Below the pieces are notes generated by a model. The model saw only the letters and a list, made by a program, of their open reading frames with translations. It ran no database searches and was not told where the DNA came from. A stretch of DNA of 64,000 nt. It comes from Schmidtea polychroa (taxonomy: Eukaryota). The stretch's first letter is position 1; each line of letters opens with the position of its first letter. Shown here piece after piece: positions 18,001-31,070 of the stretch. The stretch covers positions 41,976,001 to 42,040,000 of the forward strand of contig CM097885.1 of the NCBI GenBank assembly GCA_044892525.1. The letters are read 5' to 3'. The position numbers and the translations under genes are program-made.

Positions 18001-18319
18001 ACTAATTATAACCCCCTTGGAGGTTGCGGAAATAAAGAAAAAATATTTTTTCAACTATAACAACTTTTAAAATTATTGGGGCCCCAAATTGTTGATATTT
18101 TGGAAAATTTCCTTAAATAAAAAAATACGTACAATGTTTTTTTAATTCTTTATATAATACATGTATTTTATACTGTATTTTAATTTTTTTATATTTTAGT
18201 ATATAGAAAATCCATTAAAAAAAATATTTTTTTTGTGGCCCCTAAGATGATTTCGATTTTGGGGCCCCCAAAACTGCGGGCCCCTAGGCAGTGCCTAGTC
18301 TGCCTATAGGTAAATCCGG
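15010..18319 (-). mobile_element. Near-complete hAT transposon (ZMYM1/Tip100-like)
   Basis: One end is CAGGGCCGGATTTA at 15010. The other ends TAAATCCGG at 18319 and lacks the terminal CCCTG. GGCCCC subterminal repeats; encloses the transposase. Confidence 0.85.
15224..17724 (-). pseudogene. hAT transposase with a single frameshift (TTF zinc finger, DUF4371-like region, DDE core, dimerisation domain)
   Basis: 527-aa and 305-aa ORFs with 'WLVYS...FCFVC', 'VDSTPDISH', 'QSYDNA', 'PCSAHSLNL' and 'ERSFSKLKLIK'. Frames join if 2 nt near 16194 are removed. Confidence 0.9.
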
Positions 18320-20549
18320 AATAGCTTGTGTGTTTTTGGTATATGTTGCTAGTGAGGGATGTGAAGCCCCGGTGATCGTCAAGTCGTGGATACGGGTCTG
18401 GAGTTCGACACGAGTGTAGACGTGTCATGTAGTAGATTTTATTGAGCTCGGTTATCGATGATGAGTTCGTTGTGGCATCGCGCGATTTGTTTTTAGAAGT
18501 CTTCGGCTTGCTCCGGTTCCTTTACCTGATCGGGTTTCAATTAAAATTTTCTTAGCTGAACTTTGAGTTGTGCAATCTCACCGGCACTGGTAGCACAAGC
18601 GGTTAAGGATTACCACTATTATTATTGTTACATGGTTATTGAACTTAATGTTATTATTATCATTTTATTTTTATTATGGTGATCATTATTTTCGTTGATA
18701 CCATGACATCATCAGTCTCATTGCTGACGTTTTCCGTACGGTTTTATCGTTACCGTGCTTATCGTAATAGTCAATTTGCAAGTTATTACGCAGTTCATTA
18801 TGGGGTTCGTGACGCCTAGATGGGTTGAGTAAATCATAGTTCGCCGTTTGGAATGGGATCGAACAAAAAATTGTTCATTTATTTCGTATTACGATGTCAA
18901 GTGGGAGGGTCAGTCACAGAATTTTGATTTATTTCTGTTTGGCTCCACCTCTAACTAATAGAGTCCAAATTCGCTTGTCTTTCACACCATTACTGTTCTA
19001 ACTTCTAATTATCGGTTAATGATTCGCGGAGTAGTGGGAAAATAATTTTCTCTTAAATTTAACAATATCTGAGATTCGATATACTTTTATCGTAAATGGA
19101 GAGTAAAACAAACAATTCCTGTTTGCTAGACGTCTTTCTGTCTATCTCATATAGTTTCTGGAGGCGCTATACTGATTTTTCTAGGGAGATCTATCCAAAG
19201 TCGTGATTTAAAATCCTGCGTGTAAAATGATCAAATCTATTCATTTGTTCTTTATCACAGTTTTTTGAAATTCGCCGAAGCAGAAATTTGGTTCTACTTA
19301 TTTCTATGCTATATTTGCGCTTCATTTTGAAATCCTGATCAAGGCTACGAACAACTCTGTGACTCTATGATGGGTTTATTACTCTTATATTGCTTGATGT
19401 TTCTCGTATTTTACGTGGGTTTTAGCTGTTTCCATACTTCATTACATTCCTAATAAAACCTTCTTGCGACCAGTTTATTATTTTATTCATTTTATTAGAT
19501 GATTTATTTTTTATTCTATTTACCTCAATTAAATCGGATTCACTCAACTCAGCTCAACATTATTATTGATAATTTTTCTCATTATTTTTTTATTACTAAT
19601 AATAATTTTCTTTCTATTATTTTGAATGCTATATTTCTCAGAAAATAAGACCTAGTAGGATTTTGTAAAGTAATTGTAATATTCTTATTTTTATCATGTA
19701 ATTCTGTAATTTTTATTATTGTAATATTATGTAATTTATTATGTAATTATGTTATTATAATTCTAGAAACTAAAATTAAAAAAAATTAAATTAAAAACTA
19801 AATCAATAAACAATCAGTAGAAAACTTTAAAGTAAAAAATTACCATAGAAAGAAAATAGAAAGAAAAAAAATTACAATAGAAACAAAAAAACTAAGCAAT
19901 ACGAAAAGAATAAAAGAAACTACCGTAAACGAAATAAGTCTGAAACTCTAACCAATTTAAAGGAAATAAACTCACGAAGATCTGAATAATAAAGTCGTAA
20001 ATTATCCAAGCTGGGATCTTACTATACTAATTATAATTGCTGCGATTAGACGATTATTGAAGGTCGCCTTTTGCGAGTTATGGTGTTTTTATATTTATTG
20101 AATAAAAGTTAGTTAAATTAATTTAACTTAATTTTTTTATATTTTGCATTATAGTAAATATTTATTTTAATTGTAATAAACTTATCCGCAACCATTCTAC
20201 ATACAAGCACCCCAGCAGCCCCAAGTAGAAGTTGTTAACACATCTTCTAAATTATTTTTTAAATCCGTTTCAAAAGTTAACGTCATAATTCCAAGTATTT
20301 ATTTAATGAAATATTTGTATAATTTCCAAACAAATTTTCAGCGTTGAAAAAAATATTTTCAAAACCATTTATTAAAATTTCAATATCTAAAATATATTTA
20401 TTTAAAAATGATTTACTAGTAAGAAGGTTGTTTAATTTTTTAATTTAAAAATTTAAAAATGTCAATTTAAAAATGTTTTTAAAAGTTATTTTAAATTTAT
20501 CATTTAAAATTATCTTAATAAATCATTGAAATATTTAATTCTCAGCTGA

Positions 20550-21530
20550 AAACACCTCACATCCCTCTTCATTAAGAAATTTCTTCATCATTTCAACATT
20601 TCTTTGAAGCATTTTCCCACTTTGGTCTTGTAGCAGATATCGGCGATCATTGATCTTCTGCATTATTCTGTATGACCCTTCGTATCTTTCCTTGTCTTTC
20701 GTTTTTGATTCGACTTTTTACCAGAACCTCATCTCCAATATTGAATGATCTTTTTGTTTGCGTTGTTTTTCGTGTGTCTTCTTTTTGTGAAATCGGCGCT
20801 TTACTATGAAATTGTTCTCGAGCTATTTTTCTTCCGAATATTACTTCTGCGGAACTTCGCCCAATTGATTTCTGAAATGTTGTATTCATGGTAAATTCAA
20901 TATCTGGAATGATCTCTGCCCAATCTGTTCTACTTTTTTCTTTTAATGATGCATTTATATAATCTCTTATTGTCCTGAATTGACGTTCTATCACCATTTG
21001 TATTATGGTGGTATGGACTTGAAAGGCATAGTGTAATTCCCATTGATTTTGTAAAATCTTTCATCGTTTTAGATTTAAATACTTTTCCACAATCTGTGTG
21101 AATTTCCTTTAGTGCTCCAAATCTAAGAATCAATTTTTGTAGTATTGTTTTCTTCACCGTTTCCTCATCCTGTTTGGCGACAGCAGTCAGAGAGATATAT
21201 TTGATAAATTGAACAATCATTGTGACTCTATATCTTTTCTTTCTGAATGTTTCCTGTAATGGACCACAAATATCAATGTACACTTTCTCCCACAGTTCCT
21301 CTGCTGTCAGTTTTATTGTCTCTTCCTTCATCTTTGTTGTCACAATTTTCGTTCTTTGACACGCCTCACATTGTCCAATTGTTTCTTTTACTGATTCCTT
21401 TATGCCTCCCATATCGTAATTTTCCGCAACATATTTTGTCACCTTTTCTGCTCCTGCGTGTGATAGCAAAATATGCATACTCTTTATCATTTCTTGTCTT
21501 TTGTCTCTAAGTATCCATATCTTACCCTAT
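20550..21530 (-). pseudogene. Gypsy integrase fragment related to the element at 26784-32780
   Basis: HHCC motif (HILLSH...CEACQ), 'IDICGPL', 'IHTDCG' and 'SSPYHHNTNG/IERQFRTIRDY', closely matching ORF 28453-29388. Frameshifted. Confidence 0.85.
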
Positions 21531-21899
21531 ATAGTTTTCACCACGTTTATATATTTATGTTTATATATTTATCTATGTTTATATATATGATGATTTCCCA
21601 GAAGAAATAGACATGGCTGTATTTATTTAAATGCCAATTTTTTGTACGTGTTCAGGTAAAAATTAGGGAAAATGCTGTATTTATTTAAGTTACATAATAA
21701 GTTCATAATTTTTTTTTGTTTCCGTATATAAATATTTTCACAATCTTTTGAAATCAATCCCTAAAAATTAAAGAAAGTGCATGAACTATATTTTAATTTA
21801 CAAAAATAAATTTTAAGTGTGTGAAAATTCAAATAAACATCACAAAATTTCAAACAATTTGTCCAATAGTGTAATATTTTTCTTTTTTGAAAAATAACA

Positions 21900-22120
21900 A
21901 TATTGTAAAAGTAGAAAATAACCATATCGAACCCCTCAACTTTGTGTCTCAACCCTCCAAATCTGATAAATCTTGCAGCAGAAATTTCCTTCATGCGTTC
22001 TTGAAATTTTGACGATCTCTTTATGGAACCCGAGAAGAATGTGTATATTAACTGAGCAACACAAAAACAGTTCACTGCTGCTGAACCAATGAATTTTAGG
22101 CTGTGAGAAGTGCATGGCAC
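21900..22120 (-). pseudogene. hAT transposase fragment
   Basis: 'PCTSHSLKFIG...IYTFFSGSIKR' resembles the CxxH region 'PCSAHSLNLVG...IYNFFSSSTKR' of the 15-18 kb transposase. Confidence 0.55.
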
Positions 22121-22163
22121 TTATTACACTAATCTCTTTAAATGCAACTCATTTTGCTGGCAC

Positions 22164-23319
22164 TACACCAAACACCAAATTTACTTTAAATTTAATATCT
22201 TACCTGAAAACCATTTCTAAAATGGCTAAAATAAATTTCATGATGAGCAATTCATATGTAAAACAAATTACTGACAACTTTGCTTTATTTATCATCAACA
22301 TCAGTATAATGTCCATCAGTAAATTGGTGAGTGAGCAATCGCTCTACACGCAAACCACCACTATAGAGAATGTATCTCAGTGGTGTTTGGTGTAAGGTAT
22401 GATTGTACACCAAACACCACTGAGATACGTTCTCTATAGTGGTGGTTGGCGTGTAAAATCACTCACCGATTTATTTATCATCATCATCAGCAAATCAAGC
22501 AACAATTTATCATGTACTGAATTATGTTTTTTTAATCAATGTTTTTAAAATCAATTATGTTTTTTGGAAATTTATTTTAGCAATTTTACAAATGGCTTAC
22601 AAGTAATTTTTTTTATTTAAAGTAAATTTTAAGATTTGAATTCTGATCTATATGAGATATGAGATCATTATTCAAGTTCTTAAATATTACTTTTAATCAA
22701 CATTATAAATTATTTTTAATTAATTTTCAGGCTTTTTTAGGAATTTTATGTCTTTTATTAAAGTATTTTGGAATTATTTCGAAAAAATGTGAGTCCGATA
22801 TATTTTTAATTATAATTAATTAATTAAATAAATCAATCAATGTATTTTTTTAAAACATTTTGGGAAAAATCGCTGATTAGAATAATTTTTTTAATTTTTG
22901 TAGTTTTTTCTCTGAGCTCAATATGAGGGGATTCTTAAAGGAAATCAAATCTGGAGTAAAAATATTTTGAACCAAATTCATCTGCTCTTGATATTTTCAT
23001 TAAAAATATAATTTAAAAAATTTTCAACGATCTTTTTTTTCTAAAAATTGTCTAAAATAGAATTATTATAGAAACGTATCTCATCGTTACAATTTTACGA
23101 ATCAAAAGTTTGTATGTATTTTTTATTATGTGTTGTGCTTGTGTGCATTTTTTAATTTTCCTTCCACTTTTCAGATTTCTATAATATAAGATGTATCTCA
23201 TTGAGCTATAAATGAGAACATCAACGTGAAATCAAAGTAAGTATGTATGTTTCTATAATGTAAGATTATTGATTTTTTTGTTATATTATAGGAAATGCAT
23301 CTCAGTGGTGTTTGGTGTA
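22164..23319. mobile_element. Two adjacent related MITEs (22164-22394 and 22406-23319) forming a palindrome at their junction
   Basis: All four ends carry TACACCAAACACCA(CTGAGAT) or its reverse complement. About 50-bp near-perfect inverted arms flank an 11-nt spacer at 22395-22405. Confidence 0.7.
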
Positions 23320-23937
23320 ACACATTTTAATGTCAATAATTCAAGTATAAGTGTATTATAATTATAAAAACAAGTCCTTAGAACAGAATGCGTCATATTT
23401 AGAACAATATGAATAATAATTGGCACAGAAATAAGTAGCAAGCCTTTGAAAAATTATGAATGTCAGGTGTTGATATAAGAACTGACTGATTTGCAGCCAA
23501 ATCACAAAAGTTATTTATAACTGACTTTCAAAACTGATTAACTTTGAAAGCAAAAATTAGAGCACTAAAAATACATATCAAGCATGATGTACACATTAGC
23601 AATTAGGCGGCAGCTGAATTGAGTTTTCAAAAATTCCAAGATTCGTATAAAAGATTTGTAACACGGGTTTGAATAACCAATCCGTTGATCGGGAGTTGCC
23701 ATTATTATTATTTTGTGCATTTTTTGTCAAATATAATACTTTCTTATTGGTTATATTAAATAAAGTTTTATTAACTAATGTTAATTTTGTTATTTATATA
23801 AGATCATCAAGTTGAGATTGTGATAACAACGTAACTTGTATTTATCGAATTTTTAAATATTACAAAAATTTTATAACAATTTCATTTCCGTATATATTTA
23901 ATTTTTGTTTGTAAATTATTTCATATAATAGCAAATA

Positions 23938-24868
23938 ATGCAATTCCCATCAAATAATTATTTTGATAACAATCTTTCAATCGGAAATGATCAAAATGTT
24001 CCAATGTCGAACAAATATGACTTGAATAACGAATTATATTGCTCAAAATATTATGACGTTCCCGAAGAAATAGATGATTATATCGAAGAATACTTTAAAC
24101 GAGTAGAAATCAAAAAAATAATAACATCTCCAACACTTAGTCAAAAATTGCCTTCTTCCTATCCAGTTATTCAGTAAATGAACATTTGTAATTAATTATT
24201 TATTAATTGTAATTAATAGAAATATCGCCTGCTTTTTTGACTTGAATTGTGAATTGGATCTAAATCATATAGCTAAATCAGCACTAAATACAAAATATGA
24301 TGCCAGATGTTTTCCGGCGGTAATAATGAGAATGAGAAAACCGAAAACTACAGCGAATATATTTAAAAATGGAAAAATAATTTGTGCTGGTGCTAAAACA
24401 GCAGAAGAGGCTAAAAATGCTACGAGAAAAATCTCTAGGATAATTCAAAAATTGGGCTACAATGTTAAATATAAAAATTTTAAAATTCTCAACATGGTTG
24501 CGTCGTGTGACGTGGGATTTCAAATTGGTTTAGATCCTTTGAATCTGCTCCATAGTTCATTTACAACGTAAGAACGATATTATTTTATTATATTACATAT
24601 ATCTTATGTAATTTAATAGTTATGATCCCGAACAGTTTCCGGGTCTGTTTTACAAAATGGCCGATCCATTAATTACTATTCTAATTTTTAAATCAGGGAA
24701 AGTTATTCTGACAGGTTTGTTTGAATTTATTATTTGAAAGTATTAAATTTTATTTTCAATACAGGAGGAAAAGACAAAAATAATATTGATGAAGCTTTTA
24801 ATAAGATATTGCCTGTTTTGAGTATGTTTAAAAAGGAATTACCTAATCAAAACATGGCCAAACAATAA
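23938..24868 (+). CDS. Host TBP-family protein (divergent TATA-binding protein paralog), 4 exons, 260 aa
   Basis: Exons 23938-24173, 24220-24567, 24620-24714 and 24765-24868, joined by 46/52/50-nt GT-AG introns into one open frame. Two TBP repeats: '[34 protein letters not shown]' and '[34 protein letters not shown]'. Confidence 0.9.
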
Positions 24869-25130
24869 AATTTGAAATAATTGCTTTAAGATTTCAGTAA
24901 TAAGAAAATAATATTTTGAAATTATAAATTAAATATTTAATATTCGTTTATAAGTTGAAATTATTTTAAATAAAAATATTTTGTAATTTGAATAAACAAA
25001 GATTGCTATCAATTTTCTAAATAATTATTAATGATTACGATGTTCACATTAGTTTATTTGATTATTACATTATATATAGATCATAATAAAATTTATTTTA
25101 TTAAAATTTATTCATTTTCATCTCTTAGAT

Positions 25131-25485
25131 CAGGGGTTTCAAACTCAAACTGGCCTGCGTGCCGCATTAGACTAGTATTATGAGCCGGCGGGCCGCAACA
25201 TAAATAATTGTTTTTCAGAACATGTGGAGTCTGAAACTCCGACGTTAATAATTATTTAATTAAAAACTCAAAAAAACTAAAAACATTTTTTTATTATTAA
25301 GAATAAGAATAATAATAATATGTATAACGTCATATGTATAAATAAAAATAATTAAAAAGATAAGTTTTAATTTATACAGCCAATTATGATTTTAATTGTT
25401 AAATAAGTTTGGTTAAATTACAAATCTGTTTTTTCGTTGCGGGCCGCCAAATGTAACGCAGCGGGCCGCGTGTTTGAGACCCTTG
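25131..25485. mobile_element. hAT (Charlie/Buster-type) MITE
   Basis: TIR CAGGGGTTTCAAAC ... GTTTGAGACCCTTG. Exact 8-bp TSD TCTTAGAT. GCGGGCCGC subterminal motifs. Confidence 0.9.
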
Positions 25486-26140
25486 TCTTAGATCATAGCT
25501 TTTTCTGTTTAATTATTATTTACTTAAAAAGTTCTCATAAATCTATCGCTTTTCACTCAATTATATATTTCGATTAGAACTTTTCACTAATTTTGAATTC
25601 CAAGTAGATATCGTTTATATTTTTATATTCCACATTCATCTGTTTTTCGGTTGATTTCTATTTGATAATTATTTTTACCATTTCATAATAATTTTAAATC
25701 AAAAAGTAACATCAGCATGAGTTTGACCTATGGATTTCTGAATTATCAAATCAGTGTAAATTGTTTTCCTCATATCATATCAATCCAATCCTTCTTTTAT
25801 CTTTCATATAAAAGTGCACTTACGTAATATCCATTTGTTGTTATACTGTTAATTTATTTATATTATGAAAGTATGTAATTAAGTTTTATAAGTATATTTT
25901 ATATTTGTTTGCAAATCCCTTAATCAGTTTTTATTTACCGTCTTTACCAAGATCTAACATTATTTTCTTTGGGGTTCGAAATCGTAAAATATATTACATT
26001 GTCAGTATTTACAAAGTATTCTGGTTTTTTCTACTACAATGATGATTTGAATATACACACACAATAAACTCTCGGAAAAGGTACATTATTTAACCCTTTA
26101 CATGTGAGATGCGAATAAATCCGTATAGTATTGAAAAAAC

Positions 26141-26783
26141 CAGGGATCGGCAACATTTTGGCTATGTGGGGCCGGATTGCGTTTTTTGAAAGAGTGTCGG
26201 GCCGCAAGGGTTCTTAAAATTATTATAAGAAACGGTTTATCAAAAAGCATTTTTTCAAATTGCTTTAAATCAATAAAATATTAAAGATATTGATAAGTAC
26301 TTCCAAACAAGGATGTCATCTTTTTAGGGTTGTTCACTAAGTAAGGATACTTCCCATTAGAATAAATGTATTTTGTATAAAAATCAAGCAAAGAAACATA
26401 GTCGGAGTGAAATTTAATTTTAATAAGGCGTCACAACTGCATTTGAATCAACTCACAAAAGTCTCCATTATGTTTTTCAGTTTCAAAGATTTGACACATT
26501 AGACTTCTTGGTGAATAATACAATGAATTCTCACCAGCTTCTGTGGAATTCCAAGATTTTACATGTGTTCCTGTAATAGTGCAAAAACATTTTTTATTTC
26601 CCGCCATTGCCAGTGCTCTATCACTTGTGATGCCAATTAGTTTTGAAATATCTAAGTTCGTTTATCCGCCTTTTTTATTTGAATCTGCTATCTATGACAG
26701 GCTGTTGAGATATGAATTTTCTGTTTTTGTTTTTTGGAATTTGAAATTCCCTTTTCCTCTTTTTGTACTTTTTAATTACTGAT
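26141..26783 (-). mobile_element. Decayed hAT (Buster-like) element interrupted by the Gypsy insertion
   Basis: Terminus CAGGGATCGGCAAC with GGGCCG motifs. Minus-strand remnant 'DISKLIGITSDRALAMAG'. Confidence 0.55.
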
Positions 26784-27076
26784 TGTTAGACGCAATTAAA
26801 TTCAATTCTTCTTCAAGCATTTATTTTTATAACAACTTCAAAATTGTGCCGTTTACTAGTGTATTTAAACACCGAGGCGTGATAATTATTAATATTAATG
26901 TAATTACTGGTCATACATTTAATTGATTTAATTTAATATAATTTAATATAATATGATATAATTTAATATAGAATTTAAATATAAAAATTTAACAGAAATA
27001 ATTATTTCTACTAACTGATCTCACTTCTACTATTTAACCATAATAATTTTATATAGAGATTTACTAACTCCTTACA
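26784..27076 (-). repeat. 3' LTR
   Basis: Direct repeat of 32488-32780; adjacent to the PPT. Confidence 0.95.
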
Positions 27077-27409
27077 TCCCCCCTTGGTGAATTATTATTT
27101 TTGCGCGTCTGTGTGCGCTTTTTCTTTGTTATGGTTGTGTGCGCACACAGACGCGAGCAATGTCATTTTTGTGTTGGATTTTTGAGTTGATCTCGCGTCT
27201 GTGTGCGCTTTTCTTTTCTTTGGGTTTTTGGCTGTGTGCGCACACAGACGCGAGCAAGAGGTATATCAATTTTTATGTTTAATTGATTTTTTAGAATTTG
27301 GAAATTTTTTTAATGGATATTTGAAAAGGTTGTTTTGCTGGATTAATGGAATATATTGTTGAAATTTCGAGGTTTTTCTGGATTTTTAATTGGAATTGAT
27401 TTGTTTTAA

Positions 27410-28090
27410 ATGGGTTCGTTTGGTGGAAGTTTAAAAAGGGCTTTCGGTTCTGGAACAAGTTCCTTTGTTAAAATGGCGTTTATTTCATGGATGAAATATC
27501 ATTTTAGTGATGATTCTAATAGCAAAATTGAGATTTGTGCCAATCCTGAAGATTTTGAGATGTTTTTAAGAAAAATTCCATCAAATATTAATTACCCTTC
27601 TGTATTGTCAAATAATCGGACAGCAAATTGTGAGTTTGCGCTCCTCGTGGTCAAATGTAATCTACTACAATCTTCTGTAGAAATGCCTTCTAATACAAAA
27701 TTGTTTTGGAATTTATTAGATGATAACAAAATTCAATATATTGCCTCATCTATGGTTGATGTTGACGGATCTATGATTTACAAGTTACGCAATATTGCGA
27801 GTCTCAATCCATCAGGAGTTCAATTAGCAAAGGAAACGAGATATTTATGCATTGTGGCTACAGGAAGAATTTCTTCTACTATAACGAGCGATGTGATAAA
27901 ATCAAACTTAGACTTTATGAAATCGGATTATGACTTATGTGATGATGTTTATGTAAATTATGCTTTCGAACAGATCATTCAATGCTGTGAAATTTTGTTG
28001 CCACATAGAGCCGACTCCATCGAGTCTATTTCAAATCAAATTGTTATTCGTTCAATTCGATTAGTTCACCCCTTCTTTAAAATGCTTTAA
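27410..28090 (+). CDS. Uninterrupted 226-aa ORF of unknown function, antisense within the Gypsy element between IN and the 3' LTR
   Basis: ATG-initiated and stop-free over 681 bp in AT-rich DNA, with normal amino-acid composition. No family recognised. Confidence 0.6.
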   Translation: MGSFGGSLKRAFGSGTSSFVKMAFISWMKYHFSDDSNSKIEICANPEDFEMFLRKIPSNINYPSVLSNNRTANCEFALLVVKCNLLQSSVEMPSNTKLFWNLLDDNKIQYIASSMVDVDGSMIYKLRNIASLNPSGVQLAKETRYLCIVATGRISSTITSDVIKSNLDFMKSDYDLCDDVYVNYAFEQIIQCCEILLPHRADSIESISNQIVIRSIRLVHPFFKML

Positions 28091-31070
28091 CTTTTCTATA
28101 TTCCTCGTTATTTTTCTCACGTTTTCGTCTGTTAATAAGTAACTTCTTTCATGATTTCGTTTTATTACTGTGTATGGTCCTTCATATCTCTCGTGATCTT
28201 TGTTTCTAATTTCTTGTTTCACCAATACTTTGTCCCCGACTTCTAAGTTCCTAGTTGTGCCAATTTCTTTCGCTTGCTGTCTTTCAGCCTCTAATTTCCG
28301 CATGATTTCATTTCTATCCACTTCATTATTACTATGCCATTGCGATCTATTAATTTTCCAAATATAATTTCTACTGGACTCACTCCAGTAGTTTTTTGAG
28401 CTGTCGCATTTAAAACGTATTCTATATCAGGTATTAATTCTGCCCAGCTTTTTTAAACTCCTTCTCTGAGTGACGCGTTAATATAGTCTCTTATAGTACG
28501 AAATTGTCTTTCAATTACACCATTAGTATTATGATGATATGGACTCGAAAATATCAACTCAATTCCTGCTGTCTTTGCTAGTTCTTTAATACTATTTGCT
28601 TCGAAATTCTTTCCACAATCAACATGTAGTTCCTTAGGGGCTCCAAATTTCAATATCCAATTATTTAACAAAACTGCCTTTATTGTATTTTCATCTTGCT
28701 TTCTAATAAGAGTTAGAGATATGTATTTACTGTAATGATGGATTATTGCACAAATATATTTTTCTCCTCTGAAGGTTTCTCTTAATGAACCGCAAATATC
28801 CATGTTTATTTTCTGCATAGGTTCTGAAGCTTGAATTACTTGGGTTTTTTCTTTTGACTTTGTAGTTAAGACTTTGTTTTTCTGGCATGCTTCACATATT
28901 GAAATAGTCTCTTTTACTTCATTTAGCAAATCTTCCATATCAAAATTGTTCCTAATATATTTCATAACTTTTTCTACTCCTGCGTGGCATAATAATAAAT
29001 GTGTTTCCTTAATCATTTCTCGTCTTTTTGTTTCTGGTATCCATATTTTGTTTTGATTGGTATAGATAATATTTCCTTTTAATATATATTTATTATTTTT
29101 CCTTTCATTTATTTGATCTTTTATTTCTTGTATTTCCGCATTATCTCTTTGCCATTCATTTCCATTATTTTCGGTCATCAATGTTAACAATCTAGTTTTT
29201 AATCGCCCTGATTTGGGGTTATCATGGTCCATCAAACATTGTACACATTTGCCGCATGTATTTCTAGACAGCATATCTGCATTTGTATGCGCCGTACCTT
29301 TTCTGAATTCCATTTTTATGTCTAAACTGCTCAGGTAATTTATCCACGTTTGGAACTGTGCTGTTATAGGCTTCTTTGTCGTTAACATAAAAGTTATTGC
29401 GCAAAGTCAGTGCGCAAAACAAACCGTTTACCATACAAATAATGGTCGAAATGGCGACAGAAATAATATAAAGCCAAAAGCTCTTTTCGTGTTATACAAT
29501 ATCCTCTTTCATGGCTACTCATTGCATGGGATCCATATGCAATAACGTGTTCATGCCCCATTTCATCACTTTGAGATAATACAGCTCCAATTGTATCAAA
29601 GCTTGCGTCTGTATCTAATATGAATTCTTTCTTGAAATATGGAAATACGAGAATTGGCACTGTAGTCAACGGCATTTTCATTTCTTCGAAAGCTTTCTCA
29701 CATTCCTCAGTCCAGATTATTTTTTCACTATTGCTTCCATATATGCTTTCTAGCGCTCTTGATTTTGTTGCATATTCCTTAATAAATCTCCGATAATAGA
29801 TACATATACCTAAAAAGCTTCTCAAATTCTTTATACACTTAGGCCTCTCAAATGATTTAATAGCCTCAATTTTACTTTGATCTGTCCGAATTCCCTGACT
29901 GTTAATAATGTGCCCTAAAAACTTTACTTCCCTCTTTAATAACTGACATTTTTCTGGGTTGATTCTCAATTTAGCTTCCCTTATTTTCTCTAGAACTTTT
30001 CCAAACACATTGTAATGCTCTTCAATTGTTCTTGTAAAAATTAAAATATCGTCTAAATACACCATAACTCCTTCTTTCCATAAATCTTTCAATATTTTTG
30101 TCATTAATTCTTGGAATGTACCCGGTGCCGCTACAATGCCAAAAGGCATTCTATTAAAACAAAATTGCCCTTCTTTAGTAGAAAATGCTGTCTTTTCTTG
30201 CGATTCTAAGTCCAATTTCATTTGATAATAAGCGTTCTCAAGGTCTATAGAACTAAAGTACTTAGATCCATGTAATGTATCTAGAATTTCTTCTACATTC
30301 GGCATAGGAAAAGCTTGTCTTTCAGTAATCTTATAAGGCTGTCTAAAATCTAAACAAAGTCTGATATCTTTTTTGTCTTTTTTCCACACGCATACTAACG
30401 GCGTATTCCAAGGTGAATTACATCTTCTTATGATATCATTATTTTCTAAATTTTTTATAGCAGCATTTATTTTCTCCTCTAAATTGATGGGTTGTCTTCT
30501 GGGTTTTATCATAATTGGCCCTTCTTTTGTGATGATTTTATGTGCAATTAATCAGTACATCCGATATCCCAGTTATTAGCCATAAAAAACACTTTTATTG
30601 TTTTTAACAATCTCTAACAGTCTTTTATTTTCGTTTAATCTTAGAACTTCTATTGCTTTTTGACATCTCTCGTTATCTGTAATCTTTTCCCCAAATCTAG
30701 ATTCTATTTCACACACAAATTCATTATATCCTTCTTCATTTTGCTTGATGTAGTTTAATTCAATTCCAAACTCTTTCTGCAATTCCACTTCGCCTATTAT
30801 ATCTGGAACAATATTTTTAACTATTATAAATGTTATTTTTCTTTCCATATTACCAATTCTAACATCAGTATATATTTTTCCGATTGTCTCTAATTTACTA
30901 TCATTTGCACATCTTAACATCTCATCTGTTTTTATGATTTTAACATTCACTAATTTTTCCACAACTGCTTCTGCCATTACATTTACTCTTGCTCCTGTAT
31001 CTAGTAAGCATTCCATTCTATAGCCCTGAATTTCAAGAGTTGTACTCGGTCTACCTTGCATTTTTGTCAT
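28061..31070 (-). pseudogene. Gypsy pol (aspartic protease, RT, RNase H, integrase) split by frameshifts and stops
   Basis: 'LLDTGA' protease, 'YLDDIL' RT, 'LDTDAS...KELLA' RNase H, HHCC plus DDE integrase, and a C-terminal 'EGPY' module. Confidence 0.95.

Noticed and set aside
18680..18720. Second hammerhead candidate (CTGATGA...GAAA on the minus strand)
   Set aside because: No convincing stem I or stem II pairing and no NUH cleavage context.
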